64,000 bases of DNA from the human T2T-CHM13v2.0 reference genome, Homo sapiens. Below the pieces are notes generated by a model. The model was not told the origin of the DNA. It worked only from the letters and a program-made list of their open reading frames with translations, and made no database searches. The stretch is taken from the NCBI RefSeq assembly GCF_009914755.1, contig NC_060937.1; one strand, 5' to 3'. A program made the translations under genes and the position numbers. Of the stretch, positions 29,680-43,800 are shown piece after piece (the stretch's first letter is position 1; the number at the start of each line of letters is the position of its first letter).

Positions 29680-32600
29680 CCAAAAGCATGTATAATATAC
29701 TGTACATAAAATATGAAAGTACATCAAATATATATTTTATTCTGTACATAAAATATCAAAGTACACCAGATATATATTCTATAGTGTACATAAAATATCA
29801 AAGTACCCAAACTATACATTATATACTGTAAATAAAATATGAAATTACATCAAATATATTTTATATTAGGTACATAAAATATGAAAGTACATCAAATATA
29901 TATTTTATTCTGTACATAAAATATCAAAGTACACCAGATATGTATTCTATAGTGTACATAAAATATAAAAGTACCCAAACTATACATTATATACTGTACA
30001 TAAAATATGAAATTATATCAAATATATATTATATTAGGTACATAATATATGAAAGTACATCAAATATAGATTATATACTGTACATAAAATATCAAAGTAC
30101 CCCAAATATATATTATATACTCTACATGAAATATCAAAGTTCACAAACTATATATTATATACTGTACATAAAATATCAAAGTACCCAAGGTATATATTCT
30201 ATACTGTACAAAAAATATCAAAATACCCAAAGCATGTATTATATACTGTACATAAAATATGAAAGTACATCAAATATATATTTTATTCTGTACATAAAAT
30301 ATCAAAGTACACCAGATATATATTCTATAGTGTACATAAAATATCAAAGTACCGAAACTATACATTATATACTGTACATAAAATATGAAATTACATCAAA
30401 TATATTTTATATTAGGTACATAAAATATGAAAGTACATCAAATATAGATTATATACTGTACATTAAATACCAAAGTACCCCAAATATATATTTTATACTG
30501 TACATGAAATATCAGAGTTCACAAACTATATATTATATACTGTACATATAATATCAAAGAACCCAAGGTATATATTCTATACTGTCCAAAAAATAACAAA
30601 GTACCAAAAGCATGTATTATATACTGTACCTAAAATATGAAAATACATCAAATATATATTTTATTCTGTACATAAAATATCAAAGTACACCAGATATATA
30701 TTCTATAGTGTACATAAAATATCAAAGTACCCAAGCTATACATTACATACTGTACATAAAATATGAAATTACATCAAATATATATTATATTAGGTACATA
30801 AAATATGAAAGTACATGAAATATAGATTATATACTGTACATAAAATATCAAGGTACCACAAATATATATTATATACTCTACATGAAATATCAAAGTTCAC
30901 AAACTATATATTATATACTGTACATATAATATCAAAGTACCCAAGGTATATATTCTATACTGTACAAAAAATAACAAAGTACCAAAAGCATGTATTATAT
31001 ACTGTACCTAAAATATGAAAGTACATCAAATATGTATTTTATTCTGTACATAAAATATCAAAGTACACCAGATATATATTCTATAGTGTACATAAAATAT
31101 CAAAGTACCCAAACTATACATTATATCCTGTACATAAAATATGAAATTACATCAAATATATATTATATTAGGTACATAAAATATGAAAGTACATGAAATA
31201 TAGATTATATACTGTACATAAAATATCAAGGTACGCCAAATATATATTATATACTCTACATGAAATATCAAAGTTCTCATACTATATATTATATACTGTA
31301 CATAAAATATCAAAGTACCCAAGGTATATATTCTATACTGTACAAAAAATAACAAAGTACCAAAAGCATGTATAATATACTGTACATAAAATATGAAAGT
31401 ACATCAAATATATATTTTATTCTGTACATAAAATATCAAAGTACACCAGATATATATTCTATAGTGTACATAAAATATCAAAGTACCCAAACTATACATT
31501 ATATACTGTAAATAAAATATGAAATTACATCAAATATATTTTATATTAGGTACATAAAATATGAAATTACATCAAATATATATTTTATTCTGTACATAAA
31601 ATATCAAACTACACCAGATATATATTCTATAGTGTACATAAAATATCAAAGTACCCAAACTATACATTATATACTGTACATAAAATATGAAATTACATCA
31701 AATATATTTTATATTAGGTACATAAAATATGAAAGTACATCAAATATAGATTATATACTGTACATTAAATACCAAAGTACCCCAAATATATATTTTATAC
31801 TGTACATGAAATATCAAAGTTCACAAACTATATATTATATACTGTACATATAATATCAAAGTACCCAAGGTATATATTCTATACTGTACAAAAAATAACA
31901 AAGTACCAAAAGCATGTATTATATACTGTACCTAAAATATGAAAGTACATCAAATATATATTTTATTCTGTACATAAAATATCAAAGTACACCAGATATA
32001 TATTCTATAGTGTACATAAAATATCAAAGTACCCAAACTATACATTATATACTGTAAATAAAATATGAAATTACATCAAATATATTTTATATTAGGTACA
32101 TAAAACATGAAAGTACATCAAATATAGATTATATACTGTACATTAAATACCAAAGTACCCCAAATATATATTTTATACTGTACATGAAATATCAAAATAC
32201 ACAAACTATATATTATATACTGTACATAAAATAACAAAGTACCCAAGGTATATATTCTATACTGTACAAAAAATAACAAAGTACCAAAAGCATGTATAAT
32301 ATACTGTACATAAAATATGAAAGTACATCAAATATATATTTTATTCTGTACATAAAATATCAAAGTACACCAGATATATATTCTATAGTGTACATAAAAT
32401 ATCAAAGTACCCAAACTATACATTATATACTGTACATAAAATATGAAATTACATCAAATATATTTTATATTAGGTACATAAAATATGAAAGTACATCAAA
32501 TATAGATTATATACTGTACATTAAATACCAAAGTACCCCAAATGTATATTTTATACTGTACATGAAATATCAAAGTTCACAAACTATATATTATATACTG

Positions 32601-34695
32601 TACATAAAATATCAAAGTACCCAAGGTATATATTCTATACTGTACAAAAAATAACAAAGTACCAAAAGCATGTATTATATACTGTACATAAAATATGAAA
32701 GTACATCAAATATATATTTTATTCTGTACATAAAACATCAAAGTACACCAGATATATATTCTATAGTGTACATAAAATATCAAAGTACCCAAACTATACA
32801 TTATATAGTGTACATAAAATATGAAATTATATCAAATATATATTATATTAGGTACATAATATATGAAAGTACATCAAATATAGATTATATACTGTACATA
32901 AAATATCAAAGTACCCCAAATATAAATTATATACTCTACATGAAATATCAAAGTTCACAAACTATATATTATATACTGTACAAAAATATCAAAGTACCCA
33001 AGGTATATATTCTATACTGTACAAAAAATATCAAAATACCCAAAGCATGTATTATATACTGAACATAAAATATGAAAGTACATCAAATATATATTTTATC
33101 CTCTACATAAAATATCAAAGTACACCAGATATATATTCTATAGTGTACATAAAATATCAAAGTACCCAAACTATACATTATATACTGTACATAAAATATG
33201 AAATTACATCAAATATATTTTATATTAGGTACATAAAATATGAAAGTACATCAAATATAGATTATATACTGTACATTAAATACCAAAGTACCCCAAATAT
33301 ATATTTTATACTGTACATGAAATATCAGAGTTCACAAACTATATATTATATACTGTACATATAATATCAAAGTACCCAAGGTATATATTCTATACTGTAC
33401 AAAAAATAACAAAGTACCAAAAGCATGTATTATATACTGTACCTAAAATATGAAAATACATCAAATATATATTTTATTCTGTACATAAAATAACAAAGTA
33501 CACCAGATATAAATTCTATAGTGTACATAAAATATCAAAGTACCCAAACTATACATTACATACTGTACATAAAATATGAAATTACATCAAATATATATTA
33601 TATTAGGTACATAAAATATGAAAGTACATGAAATATAGATTATATACTGTACATAAAATATCAAGGTACCCCAAATATATATTATATACTCTACATGAAA
33701 TATCAAAGTTCACAAACTATATATTATATACTGTACATATAATATCAAAGTACCCAAGGTATATATTCTATACTGTACAAAAAATAACAAAGTACCAAAA
33801 GCATGTATAATATACTGTACCTAAAATATGAAAGTACATCAAATATATATTTTATTCTGTACATAAAATATCAAAGTACACCAGATATATATTCTATAGT
33901 GTACATAAAATATCAAAGTACCCAAACTATACATTATATACTGTAAATAAAGTATGAAATTACATCAAATATATTTTATATTAGGTACATAAAATATGAA
34001 AGTACATCAAATATAGATTATATACAGTACATTAAATACCAAAGTACCCCAAATATATATTTTATACTGTACATGAAATATCAAAATACACAAACTATAT
34101 ATTATATACTGTACATAAAATATCAAAGTACCCAAGGTATATATTCTATACTGTACAAAAAATAACAAAGTACCAAAAGCATGTATAATATACTGTACAT
34201 AAAATATGAAAGTACATCAAATATATATTTTATTCTGTACATAAAATATCAAAGTACACCAGATATATATTCTATAGTGTACATAAAATATCAAAGTACC
34301 CAAACTATACATTATATACTGTACATAAAATATGAAATTACATCAAATATATTTTATATTAGGTACATAAAATATGAAAGTACATCAAATATAGATTATA
34401 TACTGTACATTAAATACCAAAGTACCCCAATATATATTTTATACTGTACATGAAATATCAAAATACATAACTATATATTATATACTGTACATAAAATATC
34501 AAAGTACCCAAGGTATATATTCTATACTGTACAAAAAATAACAAAGTACCAAAAGCATGTATAATATACTGTACATAAAATATGAAAGTACATCAAATAT
34601 ATATTTTATTCTGTACATAAAATATCAAAGTACACCAGATATATATTCTATAGTGTACATAAAATATCAAAGTACCCAAACTATACATTATATAC
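29680..34695. repeat. Dispersed near-identical copy of ~1630-6645 (offset 28,051 bp)
   Basis: ORF pairs 1889/29940, 2561/30612, 2939/30990, 4241/32292, 4996/33047, 5577/33628 and 6130/34181. Shared private variants include ctgtccaaaa, ttctcatac, ctgaacata, ataaagtatg and the gtaccccaat 1-bp deletion. Confidence 0.9.
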
Positions 34696-37600
34696 TGTAA
34701 ATAAAATATGAAATTACATCAAATATATTTTATATTAGGTACATAAAATATGAAAGTACATCAAATATAGATTATATACTGTACAATAAATACCAAATTA
34801 CCCCAAATATATATTTTATACTGTACATGAAATATCAAATTTCACAAACTATATATTATATACTGTACATATAATATCAAAGTACCCAAGGTATATATTC
34901 TATACTGTACAAAAAATAACAAAGTACCAAAAGCATGTATTATATACTGTACATAAAATATGAAAGTACATCAAATATATATTTTATTCTGTACATAAAA
35001 TATCAAAGTACACCAGATATATATTCTATAGTGTACATAAAATATCAAAGTACCCAAACTATACATTATATACTGTAAATAAAATATGAAATTACATCAA
35101 ATATATTTTATATTAGGTACATAAAATATGAAAGTACATCAAATATATATTTTATTCTGTACATAAAATATCAAAGTACACCAGATATATATTCTATAGT
35201 GTACATAAAATATCAAAGTACCCAAACTATACATTATATACTGTAAATAAAATATGAAATTACATCAAATATATTTTATATTAGGTACATAAAATATGAA
35301 AGTACATCAAATATAGATTATATACCGTACATTAAATACGAAAGTACCCCAAATATATATTTTATACTGTACATGAAATATCAAAGTTCACAAACTATAT
35401 ATTATATACTGTACATAAATTATCAAAGTACCCAAGGTATATATTCTATACTGTACAAAAAATATCAAAGTACCCAAAGCATGTATTATATACTGTACAT
35501 AAAATATGAAAGTACATCAAATATATATTTTATTCTGTACATAAAACATCAAAGTACACCAGATATATATTCTATAGTGTACATAAAATATCAAAGTACC
35601 CAAACTATACATTATATAGTGTACATAAAATATGAAATTATATCAAATATATATTATATTAGGTACATAATATATGAAAGTACATCAAATATAGATTATA
35701 TACTGTACATAAAATATCAAAGTACCCCAAATATAAATTATATACTCTACATGAAATATCAAAGTTCACAAACTATATATTATATACTGTACAAAAATAT
35801 CAAAGTACCCAAGGTATATATTCTATACTGTACAAAAAATATCAAAATACCCAAAGCATGTATTATATACTGTACATAAAATATGAAAGTACATCAAATA
35901 TATATTTTATCCTCTACATAAAATATCAAAGTACACCAGATATATATTCTATAGTGTACATAAAATATCAAAGTACCCAAACTATACATTATATACTGTA
36001 CATAAAATATGAAATTACATCAAATATATTTTATATTAGGTACATAAAATATGAAAGTACATGAAATATAGATTATATACTGTACATTAAATACCAAAGT
36101 ACCAAAATATATATTTTATACTGTACATGAAATATCAGAGTTCACAAACTATATATTATATACTGTACATATAATATCAAAGTACGCAAGGCATATATTC
36201 TATACTGTACAAAAAATAACAAAGTACCAAATCATGTATTATATACTGTACCTAAAATATGAAAATACATCAAATATATATTTTATTCTGTACATAAAAT
36301 ATCAAAGTACACCAGATATATATTCTATAGTGTACATAAAATATCAAAGTACCCAAACTATACATTATATACTGTAAATAAAATATGAAATTACATCAAA
36401 TATATTTTATATTAGGTACATAAAATATGAAAGTACATCAAATATAGATTATATACTGTACATTAAATACCAAAGTACCCCAAATATATATTTTATACTG
36501 TACATGAAATATCAAAATACACAAACTATATATTATATACTGTACATAAAATATCAAAGTACCCAAGGTATATATTCTATACTGTACAAAAAATAACAAA
36601 GTACCAAAAGCATGTATAATATACTGTACATAAAATATGAAAGTACATCAAATATATATTTTATTCTGTACATAAAATATCAAAGTACACCAGATATATA
36701 TTCTATAGTGTACATAAAATATCAAAGTACCCAAACTATACATTATATACTGTACATAAAATATGAAATTACATCAAATATATTTTATCTTAGGTACATA
36801 AAATATGAAAGTACATCAAATATAGATTATATACTGTACATTAAATACCAAAGTACCCCAAATATATATTTTATACTGTACATGAAATATCAAAATACAC
36901 TAACTATATATTTTATACTGTACATAAAATATCAAAGTACCCAAGGTATATATTCTATACTGTACAAAAAATAACAAAGTAGCAAAAGCATGTATAATAT
37001 ACTGTACATAAAATATGAAAGTACATCAAATATATATTTAATTCTGTACATAAAATATCAAAGTACACCAGATATATATTCTATAGTGTACATAAAATAT
37101 CAAATTACCCAAACTATACATTATATACTGTAAATAAAATATGAAATTACATCAAATATATTTTATATTAGGTACATAAAATATGAAAGTACATCAAATA
37201 TAGATTATATACTGTACATTAAATACCAAATTACCCCAAATATATATTTTATACTGTACATGAAATATCAAATTTCACAAACTATATATTATATGCTGTA
37301 CATATAATATCAAAGTACCCAAGGTATATATTCTATACTGTACAAAAAATAACAAAGTACCAAAAGCATGTATTATATACTGTACCTAAAATATGAAAGT
37401 ACATCAAATATATATTTTATTCTGTACATAAAATATCAAAGTACACCAGATATATATTCTATAGTGTACATAAAATATCAAAGTACCCAAACTATACATT
37501 ATATACTGTAAATAAAATATGAAATTACATCAAATATATTTTATATTAGGTACATAAAATATGAAAGTACATCAAATATATATTTTATTCTGTACATAAA

Positions 37601-37899
37601 ATATCGAAGTACACCAGATATATATTCTATGGTGTACATAAAATATCAAAGTACCCAAACTATAAATTATATACTGTACATAAAATATGAAATTACATCA
37701 AATATATTTTATATTAGGTACATAAAATATGAAAGTACATCAAATATAGATTATATACTGTACATTAAATACCAAAGTACCCCAAATATATATTTTATAC
37801 TGTACATGAAATATCAAAATACACAAACTATATATTATATACTGTACATATAATATCAAAGTACCCAAGGTATATATTCTATACTGTACAAAAAATAAC

Positions 37900-40800
37900 A
37901 AAGTACCAAAAGCATGTATTATATACTGTACCAAAAATATGAAAATACATCAAATATATATTTTATTCTGTACATAAAATATCAAAGTACACCAGATATA
38001 TATTCTATAGTGTACATAAAATATCAAAGTACCCAAACTATACATTATATACTGTAAATATAATATGAAATTACATCAAATATATTTTATATTAGGTACA
38101 TAAAATATGAAAGTACATCAAATATAGATTATATACTGTACATTAAATACCAAAGTACCCCAAATATATATTTTATACTGTACATGAAATATCAAAATAC
38201 ACAAACTATATATTATATACTGTACATAAAATATCAAACTACCCAAGGTATATATTCTATACTGTACAAAAAATAACAAAGTACCAAAAGCATGTATAAT
38301 ATACTGTACATAAAATATGAAAGTACATCAAATATATATTTTATTCTGTACATAAAATATCAAAGTACACCAGATATATATTCTATAGTGTACATAAAAT
38401 ATCAAAGTACCCAAACTATACATTATATACTGTACATAAAATATGAAATTACATCAAATATATTTTATATTAGGTACATAAAATATGAAAGTACATCAAA
38501 TATAGATTATATACTGTACATTAAATACCAAATTACCCCAAATATATATTTTATACTGTACATGAAATATCAAAATACACTAACTATATAGTATATACTG
38601 TACATAAAATATCAAAGTACCCAAGGTATATATTCTATACTGTACAAAAAATAACAAATTACCAAAAGCATGTATAATATACTGTACATAAAATATGAAA
38701 GTACATCAAATATATATTTTATTCTGTACATAAAATATCAAAGTACACCAGATATATATTCTATAGTGTACATAAAATATCAAAGTACCCAAACTATACA
38801 TTATATACTGTAAATAAAATATGAAATTACATCAAATATATTTTATATTAGGTACATAAAATATGAAAGTACATCAAATATATATTTTATTCTGTACATA
38901 AAATATCAAAGTACACCAGATATGTATTCTATAGTGTACATAAAATATAAAAGTACCCAAACTATACATTATATACTGTACATAAAATATGAAATTATAT
39001 CAAATATATATTATATTAGGTACATAATATATGAAAGTACATCAAATATAGATTATATACTGTACATAAAATATCAAAGTACCCCAAATATATATTATAT
39101 ACTCTACATGAAATATCAAAGTTCACAAACTATATATTATATACTGTACATAAAATATCAAAGTACCCAAGGTATATATTCTATACTGTACAAAAAATAT
39201 CAAAATACCCAAAGCATGTATTATATACTGTACCTAAAATATGAAAGTACATCAAATATATATTTTATTCTGTACATAAAATATCAAAGTACACCAGATA
39301 TATATTCTATAGTGTACATAAAATATCAAAGTACCGAAACTATACATTATATACTGTACATAAAATATGAAATTACATCAAATATATTTTATATTAGGTA
39401 CATAAAATATGAAAGTACATCAAATATAGATTATATACTGTACATTAAATACCAAAGTACCCCAAATATATATTTTATACTGTACATGAAATATCAGAGT
39501 TCACAAACTATATATTATATACTGTACATATAATATCAAAGAACCCAAGGTATATATTCTATACTGTACAAAAAATAACAAAGTACCAAAAGCATGTATT
39601 ATATACTGTACCTAAAATATGAAAATACATCAAATATATATTTTATTCTGTACATAAAATATCAAAGTACACCAGATATATATTCTATAGTGTACATAAA
39701 ATATCAAAGTACCCAAGCTATACATTACATACTGTACATAAAATATGAAATTACATCAAATATATATTATATTAGGTACATAAAATATGAAAGTACATGA
39801 AATATAGATTATATACTGTACATAAAATATCAAGTTACCACAAATATATATTATATACTCTACATGAAATATCAAAGTTCACAAACTATATATTATATAC
39901 TGTACATATAATATCAAAGTACCCAAGGTATATATTCTATACTGTACAAAAAATAACAAAGTAACAAAAGCATGTATTATATACTGTACCTAAAATATGA
40001 AAGTACATCAAATATGTATTTTATTCTGTACATAAAATATCAAAGTACACCAGATATATATTCTATAGTGTACATAAAATATCAAAGTACCCAAACTATA
40101 CATTATATCCTGTACATAAAATATGAAATTACATCAAATATATATTATATTAGGTACATAAAATATGAAAGTACATGAAATATAGATTATATACTGTACA
40201 TAAAATATCAAGGTACGCCAAATATATATTATATACTCTACATGAAATATCAAAGTTCTCAAACTATATATTATATACTGTACATAAAATATCAAAGTAC
40301 CCAAGGTATATATTCTATACTGTACAAAAAATAACAAAGTACCAAAAGCATGTATAATATACTGTACATAAAATATGAAAGTACATCAAATATATATTTT
40401 ATTCTGTACATAAAATATCAAAGTACACCAGATATATATTCTATAGTGTACATAAAATATCAAAGTACCCAAACTATACATTATATACTGTAAATAAAAT
40501 ATGAAATTACATCAAATATATTTTATATTAGGTACATAAAATATGAAATTACATCAAATATATATTTTATTCTGTACATAAAATATCAAACTACACCAGA
40601 TATATATTCTATAGTGTACATAAAATATCAAAGTACCCAAACTATACATTATATACTGTACATAAAATATGAAATTACATCAAATATATTTTATATTAGG
40701 TACATAAAATATGAAAGTACATCAAATATAGATTATATACTGTACATTAAATACCAAAGTACCCCAAATATATATTTTATACTGTACATGAAATATCAAA

Positions 40801-43800
40801 GTTCACAAACTATATATTATATACTGTACATATAATATCAAAGTACCCAAGGTATATATTCTATACTGTACAAAAAATAACAAAGTACCAAAAGCATGTA
40901 TTATATACTGTACCTAAAATATGAAAGTACATCAAATATATATTTTATTCTGTACATAAAATATCAAAGTACACCAGATATATATTCTATAGTGTACATA
41001 AAATATCAAAGTACCCAAACTATACATTATATACTGTACATAAAATATGAAATTACATCAAATATATTTTATATTAGGTACATAAAATATGAAAGTACAT
41101 CAAATATAGATTATATACTGTACATTAAATACCAAAGTACCCCAAATATATATTTTATACTGTACATGAAATATCAAAGTTCACAAACTATATATTATAT
41201 ACTGTACATATAATATCAAAGTACCCAAGGTATATATTCTATACTGTACAAAAAATAACAAAGTACCAAAAGCATGTATTATATACTGTACCTAAAATAT
41301 GAAAGTACATCAAATATATATTTTATTCTGTACATATAATATCAAAGCACACCAGATATATATTCTATAGTGTACATAAAATATCAAAGTACCCAAACTA
41401 TACATTATATACTGTACAAAAAATATGAAATTACATCAAATATATATTATATTAGGTACATAAAATATGAAAGTACATGAAATATAGATTATATACTGTA
41501 AATAAAATATCAAGGTACCCCAAATATATATTATATACTCTACATGAAATATCAAAGTTCACAAACTATATATTATATACTGTACATAAAATATCAAAGT
41601 ACCCAAGGTATATATTCTATACTGTACAAAAAATAACAAAGTACCAAAAGCATGTATAATATACTGTACATAAAATATGAAAGTACATCAAATATATATT
41701 TTATTCTGTACATAAAATATCAAAGTACACCAGATATATATTCTATAGTGTACATAAAATATCAAAGTACCCAAACTATACATTATATACTGTAAATAAA
41801 ATATGAAATTACATCAAATATATTTTATATTAGGTACATAAAATATGAAAGTACATCAAATATATATTTTATTCTGTACATAAAATATCAAAGTACACCA
41901 GATATGTATTCTATAGTGTACATAAAATATAAAAGTACCCAAACTATACATTATATACTGTACATAAAATATGAAATTATATCAAATATATATTATATTA
42001 GGTACATAATATATGAAAGTACATCAAATATAGATTATATACTGTGCATAAAATATCAAAGTACCCCAAATATATATTATATACTCTACATGAAATATCA
42101 AAGTTCACAAACTATATATTATATACTGTACATAAAATATCAAAGTACCCAAGGTATATATTCTATACTGTACAAAAAATATCAAAATACCCAAAGCATG
42201 TATTATATACTGTACATAAAATATGAAAGTACATCAAATATATATTTTATTCTGTACATAAAATATCAAAGTACACCAGATATATATTCTATAGTGTACA
42301 TAAAATATCAAAGTACCGAAACTATACATTATATACTGTACATAAAATATGAAATTACATCAAATATATTTTATATTAGGTACATAAAATATGAAAGTAC
42401 ATCAAATATAGATTATATACTGTACATTAAATACCAAAGTACCCCAAATATATATTTTATGCTGTACATGAAATATCAGAGTTCACAAACTATATATTAT
42501 ATACTGTACATATAATATCAAAGAACCCAAGGTATATATTCTATACTGTACAAAAAATAACAAAGTACCAAAAGCATGTATTATATACTGTACCTAAAAT
42601 ATGAAAATACATCAAATATATATTTTATTCTGTACATAAAATATCAAAGTACACCAGATATATATTCTATAGTGTACATAAAATATCAAAGTACCCAAGC
42701 TATACATTACATACTGTACATAAAATATGAAATTACATCAAATATATATTATATTAGGTACATAAAATATGAAAGTACATGAAATATAGATTATATACTG
42801 TACATAAAATATCAAGGTACCACAAATATATATTATATACTCTACATGAAATATCAAAGTTCACAAACTATATATTATATACTGTACATATAATATCAAA
42901 GTACCCAAGGTATATATTCTATACTGTACAAAAAATAACAAAGTACCAAAAGCATGTATTATATACTGTACCTAAAATATGAAAGTACATCAAATATGTA
43001 TTTTATTCTGTACATAAAATATCAAAGTACACCAGATATATATTCTATAGTGTACATAAAATATGAAAGTACCCAAACTATACATTATATCCTGTACATA
43101 AAATATGAAATTACATCAAATATATATTATATTAGGTACATAAAATATGAAAGTACATGAAATATAGATTATATACTGTACATAAAATATCAAGGTACGC
43201 CAAATATATATTATATACTCTACATGAAATATCAAAGTTCTCAAACTATATATTATATACTGTACATAAAATATCAAAGTACCCAAGGTATATATTCTAT
43301 ACTGTACAAAAAATAACAAAGTACCAAAAGCATGTATAATATACTGTACATAAAATATGAAAGTACATCAAATATATATTTTATTCTGTACATAAAATAT
43401 CAAAGTACACCAGATATATATTCTATAGTGTACATAAAATATCAAAGTACCCAAACTATACATTATATACTGTAAATAAAATATGAAATTACATCAAATA
43501 TATTTTATATTAGGTACATAAAATATGAAAGTACATCAAATATATATTTTATTCTGTACATAAAATATCAAACTACACCAGATATATATTCTATAGTGTA
43601 CATAAAATATGAAAGTACCCAAACTATACATTATATCCTGTACATAAAATATGAAATTACATCAAATATATATTATATTAGGTACATAAAATATGAAAGT
43701 ACATGAAATATAGATTATATACTGTACATAAAATATCAAGGTACGCCAAATATATATTATATACTCTACATGAAATATCAAAGTTCTCAAACTATATATT